Assembly: GCA_035084275.1 (NCBI GenBank)
Contig: CM068755.1
Span: 8,680,001-8,744,000, forward strand
DNA: 64,000 bases
DNA from: Hydrolagus colliei
Taxonomy: Eukaryota
Direction: 5' to 3'
A model generated the notes under the pieces. That model saw only the letters and a program-made list of their open reading frames with translations. It did not search any database and was not told where the DNA came from. The position numbers and the translations under genes are program-made. Of the stretch, positions 12,605 through 24,000 are shown one piece after another. Numbering within the stretch: position 1 is the stretch's first letter; every line of letters begins with the position of its first letter.

Positions 12605-14695
12605 AGCAGGCACAAATGCCCCTGCAAGAGCTTTGCTCAACTTAAGACATACTCAGAAGTGACCCTTATTGTCTCTAGATGGTCTGTGGATCCTTTTCTC
12701 TCCTCGCAGCGTCTTGCTGTTGCTTTCTCTGTTGTTGAATCTTCCTGCTTGAATTGATTCCTGATTCTGTCTGGGTTCTTACTGTTGTTTTGGCCTTAAG
12801 CCACTTAGAAAAGCTGTGGGAGACCATCCTGTAGTGTACATGTGCTTGAAGATCAGGCATTTTGGCACCTGAAACCAGCAAGTGATACTAAATTGTTTTT
12901 CCTCAACTCGAGTGTAAATATGCTCCCCTTCAAGTTTATGCCATCATTTGACCTTAATACTTGTCACCTTCAAAACGATTGGATTCACAGCTCCTCTTTC
13001 TGCTTCTCGTGTGATGTGTTGAGGGTTTTGGTACCATACCAAAAGATTTGGGAACCAAACTTCTCATTATGACAAATCCATTTGCATTTACCCACAAAGG
13101 ATGACATGCAACATTAAATGTTTTAAATGGAGGAAGTGGTTAAGGGAGGAGCACAGCCTGATGTAATACTGTTATGGGATGATGGCAACTATACAACTTG
13201 TGTTTGCATAGCACCCTTCATGCAGAAGTCTGATGAAACGGATACAACAAATTGGATTTATATAGTGCTCTCCACCCCGGACGTCTGAGAAAGTATTTAG
13301 AAATTCATGCAAAATGTTTTGCTCAAGGTAATCAACTTCTTTATCTTTCCCCCTGAATTGAAAATATTAACATTGATTTCAATTTTTTTTTTTTTTTAAG
13401 CAGTTCCCACTTGATTCTGCTTATTTCTGAGTAAATGATACTAGTTTGCCATGATTTCAATTGAGTCCTGAAAAAAACACAACCTCCTTTTGGAGCTATG
13501 TTTGTCACAATGACGTACTGGAAAGTGTCGACATTTGGATTTCTTAATTAATGAACTCTGCTATTAATAGCAACATATTAGCTCTCGCTGTGTCAATAAC
13601 AGTTAATCATGAACAAAATATTTGTTACCATTTTCCACACCTTTTAAAGTGTGTGTGAAAACAGCCCATCAGGCAGACTGTTTTTCCATCACTGCAGTTT
13701 TAACAACAACAACAACAAAATTACATTTGGATACCGCTTTGAAAGGGGAGCCAAAGCCCAGGATAATCCTGTATTTTGTGGATTTCGAAGATTACTTTAA
13801 AGATCCGATAAGTAGTCATTTTTAATTTGGGAACAAAAAATTAAGATGCAAATTTGGATTATGAAGATCTGCATATTTACATCCCTTTTCCTATATCTGC
13901 CTTCAAAATACTCTTAAAAATTCTCTTTGCCAAGCCTTTGGTCCATATCCTTAAATTTGCCTTCCTTTCTGCTCTACTATCTACTCTGGGAAGTGTTTGA
14001 AACATTCATTTTACATGAGAAACACTCTGAAGCGCTAATTGTTGCAATTAGATGCAGGCGAGTACTTTAATCTGCAAATTTATAGACCACTTAACTAAAA
14101 ACTCAAGGACTTAAAAACAATGATGAAAATCAATCCAAGAGAGGGAAAAGTCTCTGCACCCTTTTCCTTTGGGAAGGAAAATAATAAAATCATTTTGGGT
14201 GAATTTCACCAGCCTTGGAACAGCCAGCCTGCAAAGTAATTGAATAATACTGGAATCTCACTGCACAAGCTACAGAAATTGGAGCTGTGAATGCAATAGT
14301 TTTTAAATGGTTAAAATAGTTTTACAGTAGGTTCATCAAATTATGACATAATCTTGAAGGGGAACATATTTACACACATTTGTGGAAAACCAATTTAGTA
14401 TCCCTTGCTGGTATCAGGTGCCAAAAGGCCTGATCTGCAGGCACGTCACCATAGGATAGTCTCCCACAGTTTTTCTGAATGGCTAAAGGCCAAGACAACA
14501 ATAGGAACACAGACAGAATCAGGAATCAATTCAAGCAAGAAGATTCGACAACTTCTCCTACAGAGAAAGCAACAGCAAGACGCTGATGTAGAGAGAGAAA
14601 AAAAACCAACAGACCATCTGGGGACCCCAAGGGTTTCTTCTGAATACAGCTCAGGTGAGCAAAGCTCTTACAGTGACATTGTGCCAAGATTCTAC
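12605..14695. repeat. Long diverged inverted repeat: arms ~12605-13005 and ~14270-14695
   Basis: The arms are reverse complements by eye, e.g. cagacagaatcaggaatcaattcaagca, caatttagtatc, cttgaagggga, ggagctgtgaat, gagcaaagctctt. The homologous ORFs 12675..12881(-) and 14405..14749(+) lie in them. Confidence 0.9.
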
Positions 14696-16053
14696 CTCCC
14701 ACTCCTGCCTTTTTTGGATAGAGTTATTCTTCTCAAATTAAGAGTGTAGGTAGAGCATTGATGTAGAAATCGAGAAGGATTGAAAGGCATCAGGGAAACG
14801 GGTGAAAAATCACTTCAAACAAAAGCAAAAACAGAACCGATTTTGATGACTATTAACCGGCTTGATAGTGTGGAATAGCTTGCATGGATACCTAGGTCCA
14901 TTGACAGATACAACAGTTTTTGTAATAAAAAATGATCATTTTATAATAAAATGCAAATGCACAGAACAGTTTTGTTTTGATCTATTGTATTTCACGTTTT
15001 TTTTGAGTACCCATTTAAACAAAAGTGACTTACAAAATCGTCTGAATCCTTTCTTGAAATTATAAAAATCATTAAAATGAAATGCAGATAAATTGATTTG
15101 TTAGAGGAACTGCTGTTTATTCGGTTCTTAAAAGAGTTAACAACAACAACACCCTTCACGTCGGAAAGTCGTTCAACAAATGTTACTGCAGAAAAAATGC
15201 TCTGCAAGCTGTTGCATTAAAAGGTATGAATTGCTACCACATCTGCATCACAAAAACACTGGAGAGATGATTATATCCCATTGGCTCAAGGTTACTAATG
15301 CCAGGTTACACAATGTCTACAGTTATGCGGAGATAAAAAGAAAAACTGCAAATGTTGGAAACCTGCAAATGCAGAAATACTAGCAGTGCACAGCAGGTTG
15401 CTCAGTACTTGAAAGAGGAAAATGTGTTAACATTTTAGTTATGACCTCTTTCAGATCATCTGCTGCGATTTCCTGCATTTTCAGTTTCTGCCAATTCCAC
15501 ACAGACTCATTCCCGCCAACTCACTTGTGCTCCTGATCCTCCGCACAAATTCAGTCTGGCGACAAACACAGTTTGGTTAACCAACAGTTATTTGGTGTGT
15601 GGATATCCTTTGTTCAAGCAGTGAAAGGGTCATGGCGATCACATTGCTAACATTAATCCCAATCACTATATCTATCCCAGACAGTACTTTGGATCAACAT
15701 TTTTAAATGCTTTTAAAAGAATATTCATTTGTAATCACATGTCTACCCAACTTTTATGCACAAAACATAACCATTTTATCCAAATCTACAGACCAACTAA
15801 TCTGAAAGCATTGATATTTTACACGTTAATACAAACAGGTGATTGATTATTGAACTAAAGTTTCCTTTTTTTAAATCTAACTTTGCTGGCTTATCTCATA
15901 AAACATCCTTGGGCTTTGTGTTAAAACAATTAAATCAATACACCTGGTTCAAAGATTCTAGAACAAGTGGAATATAGAAACACCAGCTTGGGTGTAAATC
16001 TGTATTAGGCATTGGCTAAATTAACTTGCACGCTGATTGCCTCATTGGGTCTT

Positions 16054-19000
16054 TTATTTAACTGGTCCCAGGTGGATAAGTGCCATTACTGTAGTATAAT
16101 CATGAAAAAGTTCATTGCAATCTTTGGAATTAGAGCATTCCCGGAGAGAAAAGTTTTCTGTTACAATGCGGTCACATCCAATTTCTCCATTACCGAAAAA
16201 CCCAAATAAAGGAATGGTTGGGAACTGCTTCCGAAAAGCGTCAGCTTCCACATTCTCCTTATTGGAGTAGTAATCCTGACCCCGACCAATACAGGTAAAC
16301 ATGAAGCCAACCGTGTTGCTCTCTGGTATGTTGGCTGCTTTGAGACGCTGCATCGCTGCTTCCACGCTTTCTGGAGTATCAACATCCTCTCCTAGCAGAA
16401 CCGATGCTGCTTGGATTGGTTTTCCACTGAACGCCAGCCCGACAAAACCATAGGAGTGTTGGACGTCAAATCTGTGGGGGAGGAAATGAAATCCCTGCTG
16501 AAAATTGTAAATCTGTGGCATTCTGTGGCTGTTGGCATAAAACTTTTCAAGTAGCGTCATTGAATCTTAATTCCCACCTAAAGGACAGGCAGATGGCAAC
16601 AGACTGCATCTCTCATGATGCAGTTCTCTCCAAGTTCTGCACTGGACAAAAAGGTCAAGGCCCAAGGTGCAAAATACATCTGATCAACAGGCGAGAGGCA
16701 TCCTCAAGCCAAACTGACATATGACAGCTAAACCCTTGGTCTGTCGTTGTTATTTCAAATTTCTTATTTTTCTGCCTTTAAGCCTCACCCCAACTGTGCT
16801 TATGGCCACTTTCCCTTCACGCTTGCTCAACTTCTAATCCATCCCTATAAAGCGCACATGTACATTATGCTATGTAAATACAAGTTGTTGTTGTTTGACC
16901 TACCTTTCACTACGAGGCGAGAATACTCTGTCGATGTGGCCCCCAGCTACAACCGTGCTTTTTACGCTGAATTGTTGTGTTAGTCGCTGAAGGAAGTTTG
17001 TGGCTGCTTCTTTCATTGTGTTGTATCCAAACAGGAGAACTGCACGCAGGTCAGGGTTATCTTGAAGGCCTGTGGGAGGTGAAAGACATTTATTATGTAG
17101 CAAACAATGAACTTAGCAACATCGACAAATGTACAAATCACTTGAAGTTTCAACTTTTGAAGTCTGCAATGATAATAATTTTTAAAATGCTTGCAATTGT
17201 TATTGTGTCTGCAACACTGAAACATCTCAAAGCACTTTATAGATAATTTCTGTCAATTACCTATAACCTATAATTAAAAATACAACATATTTTGTGGGCA
17301 AAACTTGGCAGTAAAAGGAAATTATGATGCAGAGCCAGTCACGCGGAGCTAATGTCTCAACGGTGAATGAAATGCAGATTGCAAAACCAATGAAATGATG
17401 TAGAGCTTGGGAAACATTTCAAAGAGCAAACCATAGGGACAGACCCATTAACAAGCAATAAAATTCCTGGAATGTTTGTTAAAGTATTAGACGTTGCATG
17501 AATCAGAAGATTAGTCCTAATCAAAATGCACCCGATTCAGAAAGTATCTGAGCTGAATTTGCTGTGATGTGTACAGTGGGCATAAACAGTTTTGTGATTT
17601 AGATCAGATATTGTTGCCCTGAGAATTCTGCCTGGTTAATATTACGTAGCTGTAGTATCATAGTTGCCACTAGGTAGCACTGTAACACGAACACTGAAAT
17701 CAATTCTAACATCAAATCACAAATAAATCTTCCGACCCGCTACATAATCCTGTAGTCTAAATTTAAGTTTATGAACAGTACCATCTAGTGTCTAGAAGCG
17801 AAATATAACAGAAGGTTGCAACACATGTTTCATCATAACAAAAGGATTTTCTTCAGCTGAAAACAAAACTAAGAAGCTTTAAAAGACATCATTTAGGTCA
17901 GAAATAAGGTTCCCAAAGACTGATGGATCCAAGTTCTACCCTTGTGCTTGACAGATCATCTCTAGATACCTGAAAATTATTTCAAATTATGTGGATGAAA
18001 TTAGTTCATCCACATCACGTGATAAAATCTGGAAACCTATAAATTTCTCCATCAAGAGTACTTATTAAATAGGTGTATTTAACCCAGTGTGAGATTTTAA
18101 TCTGCATTTCCACATTATGGCTGCCTTTCTTAAAAGTACAGTTAATTAGATCCATTTTTAAATGCATTGAGGAGAGGAAATCGGATGTAGAAACAATTTT
18201 CACAACAGGAATATCAGGGATGATTGGCTGTAATTACCAATGTAAAATGACAAGCAAGTGGATGACTTATTAAAACTCATATGGCATGAAAAATTAGAAA
18301 ATTCACTTCTAAAACATGAAAAAAAAAATTAAATAGATGAATCTGCACTACTCACTTGCATTTTGTTTCCACAAATTATTCTCTTCTCCGTTTTATCCAG
18401 CAAGGACCAGGTTGGACCAGAAAGGACCAGGTTGGACCAGAAAGGACCAGGTTCCTTTTTTGTTAACTTTATAGCCCTTTTTCTGAAAGTGACTGCTGAT
18501 GAGGGTCACCTTCCAGTTACCAGACTATTTGTTGGTGTGGAAAGGAAGTCCCACACACATGCACACTCTTTCTAGGAGCAGTCACTGCATAAGCATCAGA
18601 AGATTGAGCACTGGCTGATTTTTCCTCTCACTAATCCAGCAGTGGTCATGCCAATTGTACACTGAGACCAGGGAAGATATGAACAGGTGTTCCTCGCTTA
18701 ACGTCATAGTTTGATTCTTGAAAAGTGATACTTTAAGCGAAACACGTTAAGCAAACATATTTTCCCATAAGAATTAATGTATAATCTAGAGTTAGGTTCT
18801 TTTGGACATTTTGCATCAACATTTTCTAAAAAAAAACATTATATTCGCTCCCTGACTGCCTGCCCGGCTCACTCACTCCCTGACTGCCGGCTCATTTATT
18901 CGCTGCCGGCTGGCTGGTCTCACTCACTGACAGCCTGACTCTCTCTCAGCCTGCCCATCATTCTCTTGACGGGCGGGCCCTAGCGCCATTGTGCCCCCTT

Positions 19001-22000
19001 TCCACCCGCTGGCGAACAACGTAATAGCGAACGTCGCAACGTAAAATGAATATATGTTCCCAATGTATCAGCAACATAATAACGAAAGAACGTTAACCGA
19101 GACAATGTTAAGCGGGGTTTACCTGTGCACTCCTGCATTGTGGCCACAATTATATTGCTGCAAGATGTACTGCACAATTTTTTTTTTTAAGTTGCACAAG
19201 ATGTGTTTCAAAAGAAATCATCAACCAGATACAAGTCTCGCTCACCTGCATCTCGGAGTCTTTCCTGATCAAAAGCTTTATCTTTCAAATTTTTGTTTGA
19301 AAAGTGGAAGAATTTGATTGTTACTCCTTCGATTTTGGGCAAGAGAAGAGCAAATCCTGCGGTTCCATCTTCCTCCTCCCGGGGTCGCTCTCTGCCACAT
19401 CCCATAGGAGTATCTGAAAACATAAAACATCAGCTGAGCGTATTCGAGATCAACAGGAACAGTGAAGTGTTCCATTTGGTTTGTGGGGATTTTACATATC
19501 GAACAAACTGACACTGTAAATGGACATGCAGAGATCAATTCACATCTTCCATCCATTTTGCTAAATTAATGTTAGTTGTTGCTAGTTGAGTAAACCATCT
19601 AAATTGCAAAAAAACACACAAATTAGGGATGTTTTACTCAAATTATTTGAGAAATGGTGTTAAAAGGAACAAACCTATTGAGGCTGGAATACATTGATAC
19701 ATCTTAGAATATTAAGGTATGTTGGGTAAATATCAATAGTCATCACTTACAGACAATACCAGGTGCACTGAACCCCACAGCCTTGCAATCGACGGGCAGT
19801 AAGCGCTCCACTTCCGCTGCCACTTCAGCATCTTTGTTTCTTTTCAGTACATCATACTTCCTCTCTGCAGCATTTTAATTTTAAGCATCAAAATCACAAG
19901 GTAAATTATTTTATATTAATTAGTTACGTGCAATGACTTTTTTGTAGGCAATTGAAGCATTTTGTACACAGCAGTCTCAGCCACTGTCCATGAGGTCAGT
20001 GACCAATTTGCCTGGAGGTTTGTTGGCTACGACAAGGGGAAAAGTTCCTTCTCTTTTCAAATGGTGTCATGTGTTCTTTAATATTCACCTGAACAAATAG
20101 TCATGACCCTGGTTTAACATCTCAACCAAAAGACAGCAACTTCCCCAAGTTCTGCATTTGAATGGCAGTCCATATTGTGAGTTCAAGTCCCAATGTGGGA
20201 ATTAAACCCATAACCTTCTGACCCAGAGTGCTCTGAACACAGCCAAGCTGACATGTTAACAAATAAACATAAAGATTTAAACACAAAGACTCCTCTAGCT
20301 TCAGCTTCTGTTGCCTACACCTTTGCCTGAAACACTGCAAATCTAGATATACAACATTTCCAGAAGCTTGATTACATACTCCAGCTGATTTAAAGGCTAT
20401 TAACTATGCCAGAAAACAGGATTTTTGCTGCCTTACCAACAGATGTACAACACATTAGCTTGTCATTGAAGCAAATCTTTCCCACCATCCCCATGCCCCC
20501 ACCGAGGCCTAAAAAGGAAAAGTATTTCACCTTTCCTCCTTCTGCGAGAACTGAAGGTGTCTGTGCCAGTCATGTACAGCACTGTCTGCGGAAGTACATA
20601 CACATCCTGTTCAAAAGAAATGAGAGTTTTGGCATTGTACTGTATTATACAAATGTAATTTTGTTGTATTAGCAGCAACATTCAGTGTTTTGACACAAAT
20701 ACGAGTCAGTGATAACATTAGGAATGCAAACATTAGCCACTCACAAACTTAACATGGCACTACAGTACTGTACCAGATAATAATAATAATAAAGATAAGG
20801 AAAGTATCTCAGATCATTTGAGCCAGCAACAGTTGAGAAACTCCATCAACATAATTTTTTATTTCACCTAAACCACCAGAATGGGCTCTTGATTTACACC
20901 CTAGTATTTAAGATGGCTCGAACGCTGACAAGAGCTTTCATCAGCCACTGGTACAATTTTAACCAAAAGGCAACGGATTAAACAAATCAATTAACGCATA
21001 AGAAAAGAGCATTTACTACCCACAGGAAACCCCTACAACTGTCTCCTCTCTTTAAAGAGAAAGCCACCACTTACTTCAAGATCAGTAATCATTTTCTTCA
21101 CCAAAAAATGATCACCATCATCATCATCTAGATCTGACAGGGCTTTTGCAGAAATCCATGACAGCTTTTGATGCATCCGGATCACCCTACGTGCACAATC
21201 TCTCCACAGCCTGCATACTCTGAAACACAAATATTTAAGTACTGAGTCAAGCAATCACCACAGATCTAGATGGATAATACTGTTGCATTGTTTTAATTTA
21301 AATACGATAACACCAACATTTTCACCACAGGAGACCATTTATTTACATTATGGACGATAACAGCAACATTGTGGTAAAGCCCAGGGGCGGGAGGTGCAAT
21401 GAGCTGGACAGTGAGTCAGCCTAGCTCTATCAGTAGCACTCGCCCGAGGCCAGATCAGGACTCAGAACAAATATTGCTTAAGGTAACAAGTCTGGGCCAT
21501 GTTGGGGAGGTAAGCGATCCGGGACGCTGCCCTGCATGAGAGGCGTTATATTGCTATTGTTGCATTGTTGGAGGTGCTGTCTGTCGGAAGAATCATTAAA
21601 CCAAGGTCCCATTTCTGTCTTCCACTGTCCTGGCCAACAATTCCCCCAAATAAAAGCTGTTACTCAGTCTGTGGCTGTTCGTGGGACACGGCTGTGTGTA
21701 ACTGGCTGCAGCGTTTCACCCAAACACAGTCACGCAGCTTTACAATACATCTCGAGACATCTCGAAGATGTGATAAGGTGAGTCCTGTAGCTCAGTGGCT
21801 AAAGCAATCGCCTTACAAGTAAGAAACCTGGGTTCGATTCCAGGCAGGGCGAAACCTTGGGCAAATTTGCTTACTCCACATGGCTAATAATAATCCCTAA
21901 AAATAAATTGGTCAATTCAATCCATGACTGTTTGTGGGGACGGGGCTGTGCACAATTGGCTGCCGCGTTTCGCCCACAAATATACAATCAATTCAGTTTA

Positions 22001-22393
22001 CAGTCTATTCTGTGAAGCGCTTTGAGACGTCTAGAAGACGTGAAAAGCGCTACATCAAATGCAAGGATTATTATCATTATTTATTATTAAAGGATTATTA
22101 TTACTATGACTATTATCATCTGTTAAATGCTTCGAGGCATCTCGACGCTGTGATTAGGCACGATATCAAATGCAAGGAGTATATTATTATTATGATTATT
22201 AGTTCCAATGAAGCGCTTTGGGACGTCCTCGAGGTGAAAGGCGCCAAACCAAAGGCACGGATTGTCATGACTACCTGGCGCTCCCGAGCAAGGACTTTGT
22301 CGGTAGGAACAACATGATCCTCTCCACCACCTCGGCCACGCTGCTCAACACCGAGCTGGCGCTATCCGGGCTTTTACTCTGAGCCCCGTCCAT
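16054..22393 (-). CDS. FBXO22: F-box only protein 22 (F-box plus FIST domains), complete, 401 aa
   Basis: Exons (minus): 22393-22275, 21219-21075, 20606-20531, 19864-19751, 19413-19246, 17069-16904, 16471-16054. All GT-AG and phase-consistent, 1206 nt in total. Diagnostic motifs: [76 protein letters not shown]. Confidence 0.96.
18402..18453. repeat. Tandem repeat, 20-bp unit AAAGGACCAGGTTGGACCAG, ~2.6 copies
   Basis: Directly visible; lies in FBXO22 intron 5. Confidence 0.9.
18684..19125. mobile_element. Tc1/mariner (pogo/Tigger-like) non-autonomous element
   Basis: Imperfect TIRs caggtgttcctcgcttaacgt / atgttaagcggggtttacctg, subterminal (c)gttaa(g)cg repeats and internal ctccctgactgcc repeats. 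TA TSD eroded. Confidence 0.65.
21780..22260 (+). mobile_element. Full tRNA-derived SINE followed by additional SINE/L2 tail fragments, FBXO22 intron 1
   Basis: agtcctgtagctcagtgg..ggttcgattcc head; tails ending aaatgcaagga(tta)n at ~22060 and ~22170. Confidence 0.88.
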
Positions 22394-22586
22394 TCCTTTC
22401 TCTCTCTCTCTATGTCTCTCCCGCCGAGGCCCGACACTGCGCCTACCTAACAACCGTCCCCCCACCCCCCGCACCTCCCGTCCCCGGTACCGCCCCGGAA
22501 AGGCGTCCCCGCTGCTCCTGGGGCCACGCATTTTGGTTCCGGCGCCCGGAGCAGTCACCTAGCCCAGCCTCCCCACCACCAGAAGC

Positions 22587-22598
22587 TGCACATGCGCA
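22587..22598. promoter_or_regulatory. NRF1-like site in the CpG-rich FBXO22 promoter
   Basis: TGCACATGCGCA, one mismatch to YGCGCAYGCGCR, ~200 bp upstream of the ATG; CpG-rich segment ~22270-22600. Confidence 0.5.
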
Positions 22599-22764
22599 CA
22601 GCTCAGTGCCAGGAGCTTGGTTTCAAGAAGCTTTCAGCTCCAGAGAGAAGCTGCAGTTATCAGCTGTCTTGTCTGTCTGTGCCTTTGTTACTTGTCTTTC
22701 TCTCCCTTTGGCTCTCTGATTTCCACAACGTTTCTCTCTTCCCAGATTAGTAGTTTTCCTACAG

Positions 22765-23242
22765 GAGTCCTGTAGCTCAGTGGTTAGAGCACTCAGCCTT
22801 ACAAGCGTAAGACCAGTGTTCGAATCCAGGCAGATCAGGGCAAAACGTTACTCCACACGCTTAATAATAATCCGTCCAAAAAAAACCCACCATAATAAAA
22901 TTGGTCATTTCAATCCACGAATGTTTGTGGGACACTGCTGTGCACAATTGGCTGCCACATTTTGTCCACAAATATACAGTCAATTCACTTTACAGTATAT
23001 TCTGTGAAGCACTTTGAGACGTTGTTAAGATGTGAAAAATGCTGTATGAAATGCAGGATTATTATTATAATAAATTGGTCACTTCAATCCATGACTGGTT
23101 GTTTGCAGGACATTGCTGTGCGCAATTGGCTGCTGTGTTTTGCCCACAAATATAATCAATTCACTTTACGATATATTCTGTGAAGCGCTTTGAGACGTCT
23201 AGAAGACATGGAAAGGGCTATATCAAATACAAAGATTATTAT
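22765..23242 (+). mobile_element. Two tandem tRNA-derived SINE copies (full plus 5'-truncated)
   Basis: Head gagtcctgtagctcagtggttagagca; body aattggtca..caattggctg..cactttac..tattctgtgaagc occurs twice. Confidence 0.88.
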
Positions 23243-23406
23243 AAATCAAGACTGAGCTAGATGATACCGATGTCCAGCACCTTGGGACGTCGCTTTATAA
23301 ATGTAATATTGTTGTTGTTGTTGTTGTTGATATTTGTGTTGGATGGACCCTGAGTTGAGGTTCAATCTCTACTCCCAGTTCTTCACCAAGATTTGTACCT
23401 CTAGAC

Positions 23407-23708
23407 CAGTGGTTCCCAACCTTTTTTTGCTATGACCCTTGCTATGACCCTAAATTAACAGGACCTCCCAACCCTTAGGGGGCGACGGCACAACTGAAGC
23501 AAAGCTCAGCCAAGAGGATATCTCCGTCTCTTTTCTGGACTCAGCGCAATTCGCTAGTACGGTCTTTCATACAAATTGGTCGGCGGTATCACCTCGGGCA
23601 CTTTTCAGCATTAAAAAAGCATTTTCAGCATTAGAAAAAGCAACAAAAAAAATCCTGATGACCCACGCAACCCTGATTTGGGTCAAGACTCGAGGTTGGG
23701 AACCACTG
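23407..23708. mobile_element. hAT (Charlie-like) MITE, 302 bp
   Basis: Perfect 16-bp TIR CAGTGGTTCCCAACCT / AGGTTGGGAACCACTG; perfect 8-bp TSD CTCTAGAC at 23399-23406 and 23709-23716. Confidence 0.93.
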
Positions 23709-23874
23709 CTCTAGACAGACTGCATATGGCCTTATCTCACCCCAATCCCACTGAAACCTGTACCTATGTCTTTGTTCATCTCAAGGATGGATTTTACAAA
23801 TAAAGTACGTTATATATTCCTATAGCTGGAAATGATAGCGTCAGACCATACAGGTTACACATACAGACTTACAC

Positions 23875-24000
23875 ATTCAAATCCTGGTTTGTTCTTGTCT
23901 CAGCTGGAGACTGGGCTACAATTGACCTCAGCAACCCTTGGTAAGAGAGATGGAGGAATCAGCTAAGCAGATCCATTCCAGTATGGAGTTCCAATGAGTG
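23875..24000 (+). mobile_element. LF-SINE-like remnant
   Basis: ttcaaatcctggt..tctcagctgg..gctacaattgacctcagc..gaggaatcagc resembles LF-SINE as recalled, not searched. Similar pieces at ~18600-18675(-), 38440-38590(-), 41160-41400(+), 42720-42815(-). Confidence 0.5.

Noticed and set aside
18402-18453. Possible CRISPR-like repeat
   Set aside because: Head-to-tail repeat with no spacers, in a vertebrate intron.
22394-22558. GTG-initiated N-terminal extension of FBXO22
   Set aside because: GC-rich 5' UTR; the ATG at 22393 already gives a normal-length protein.
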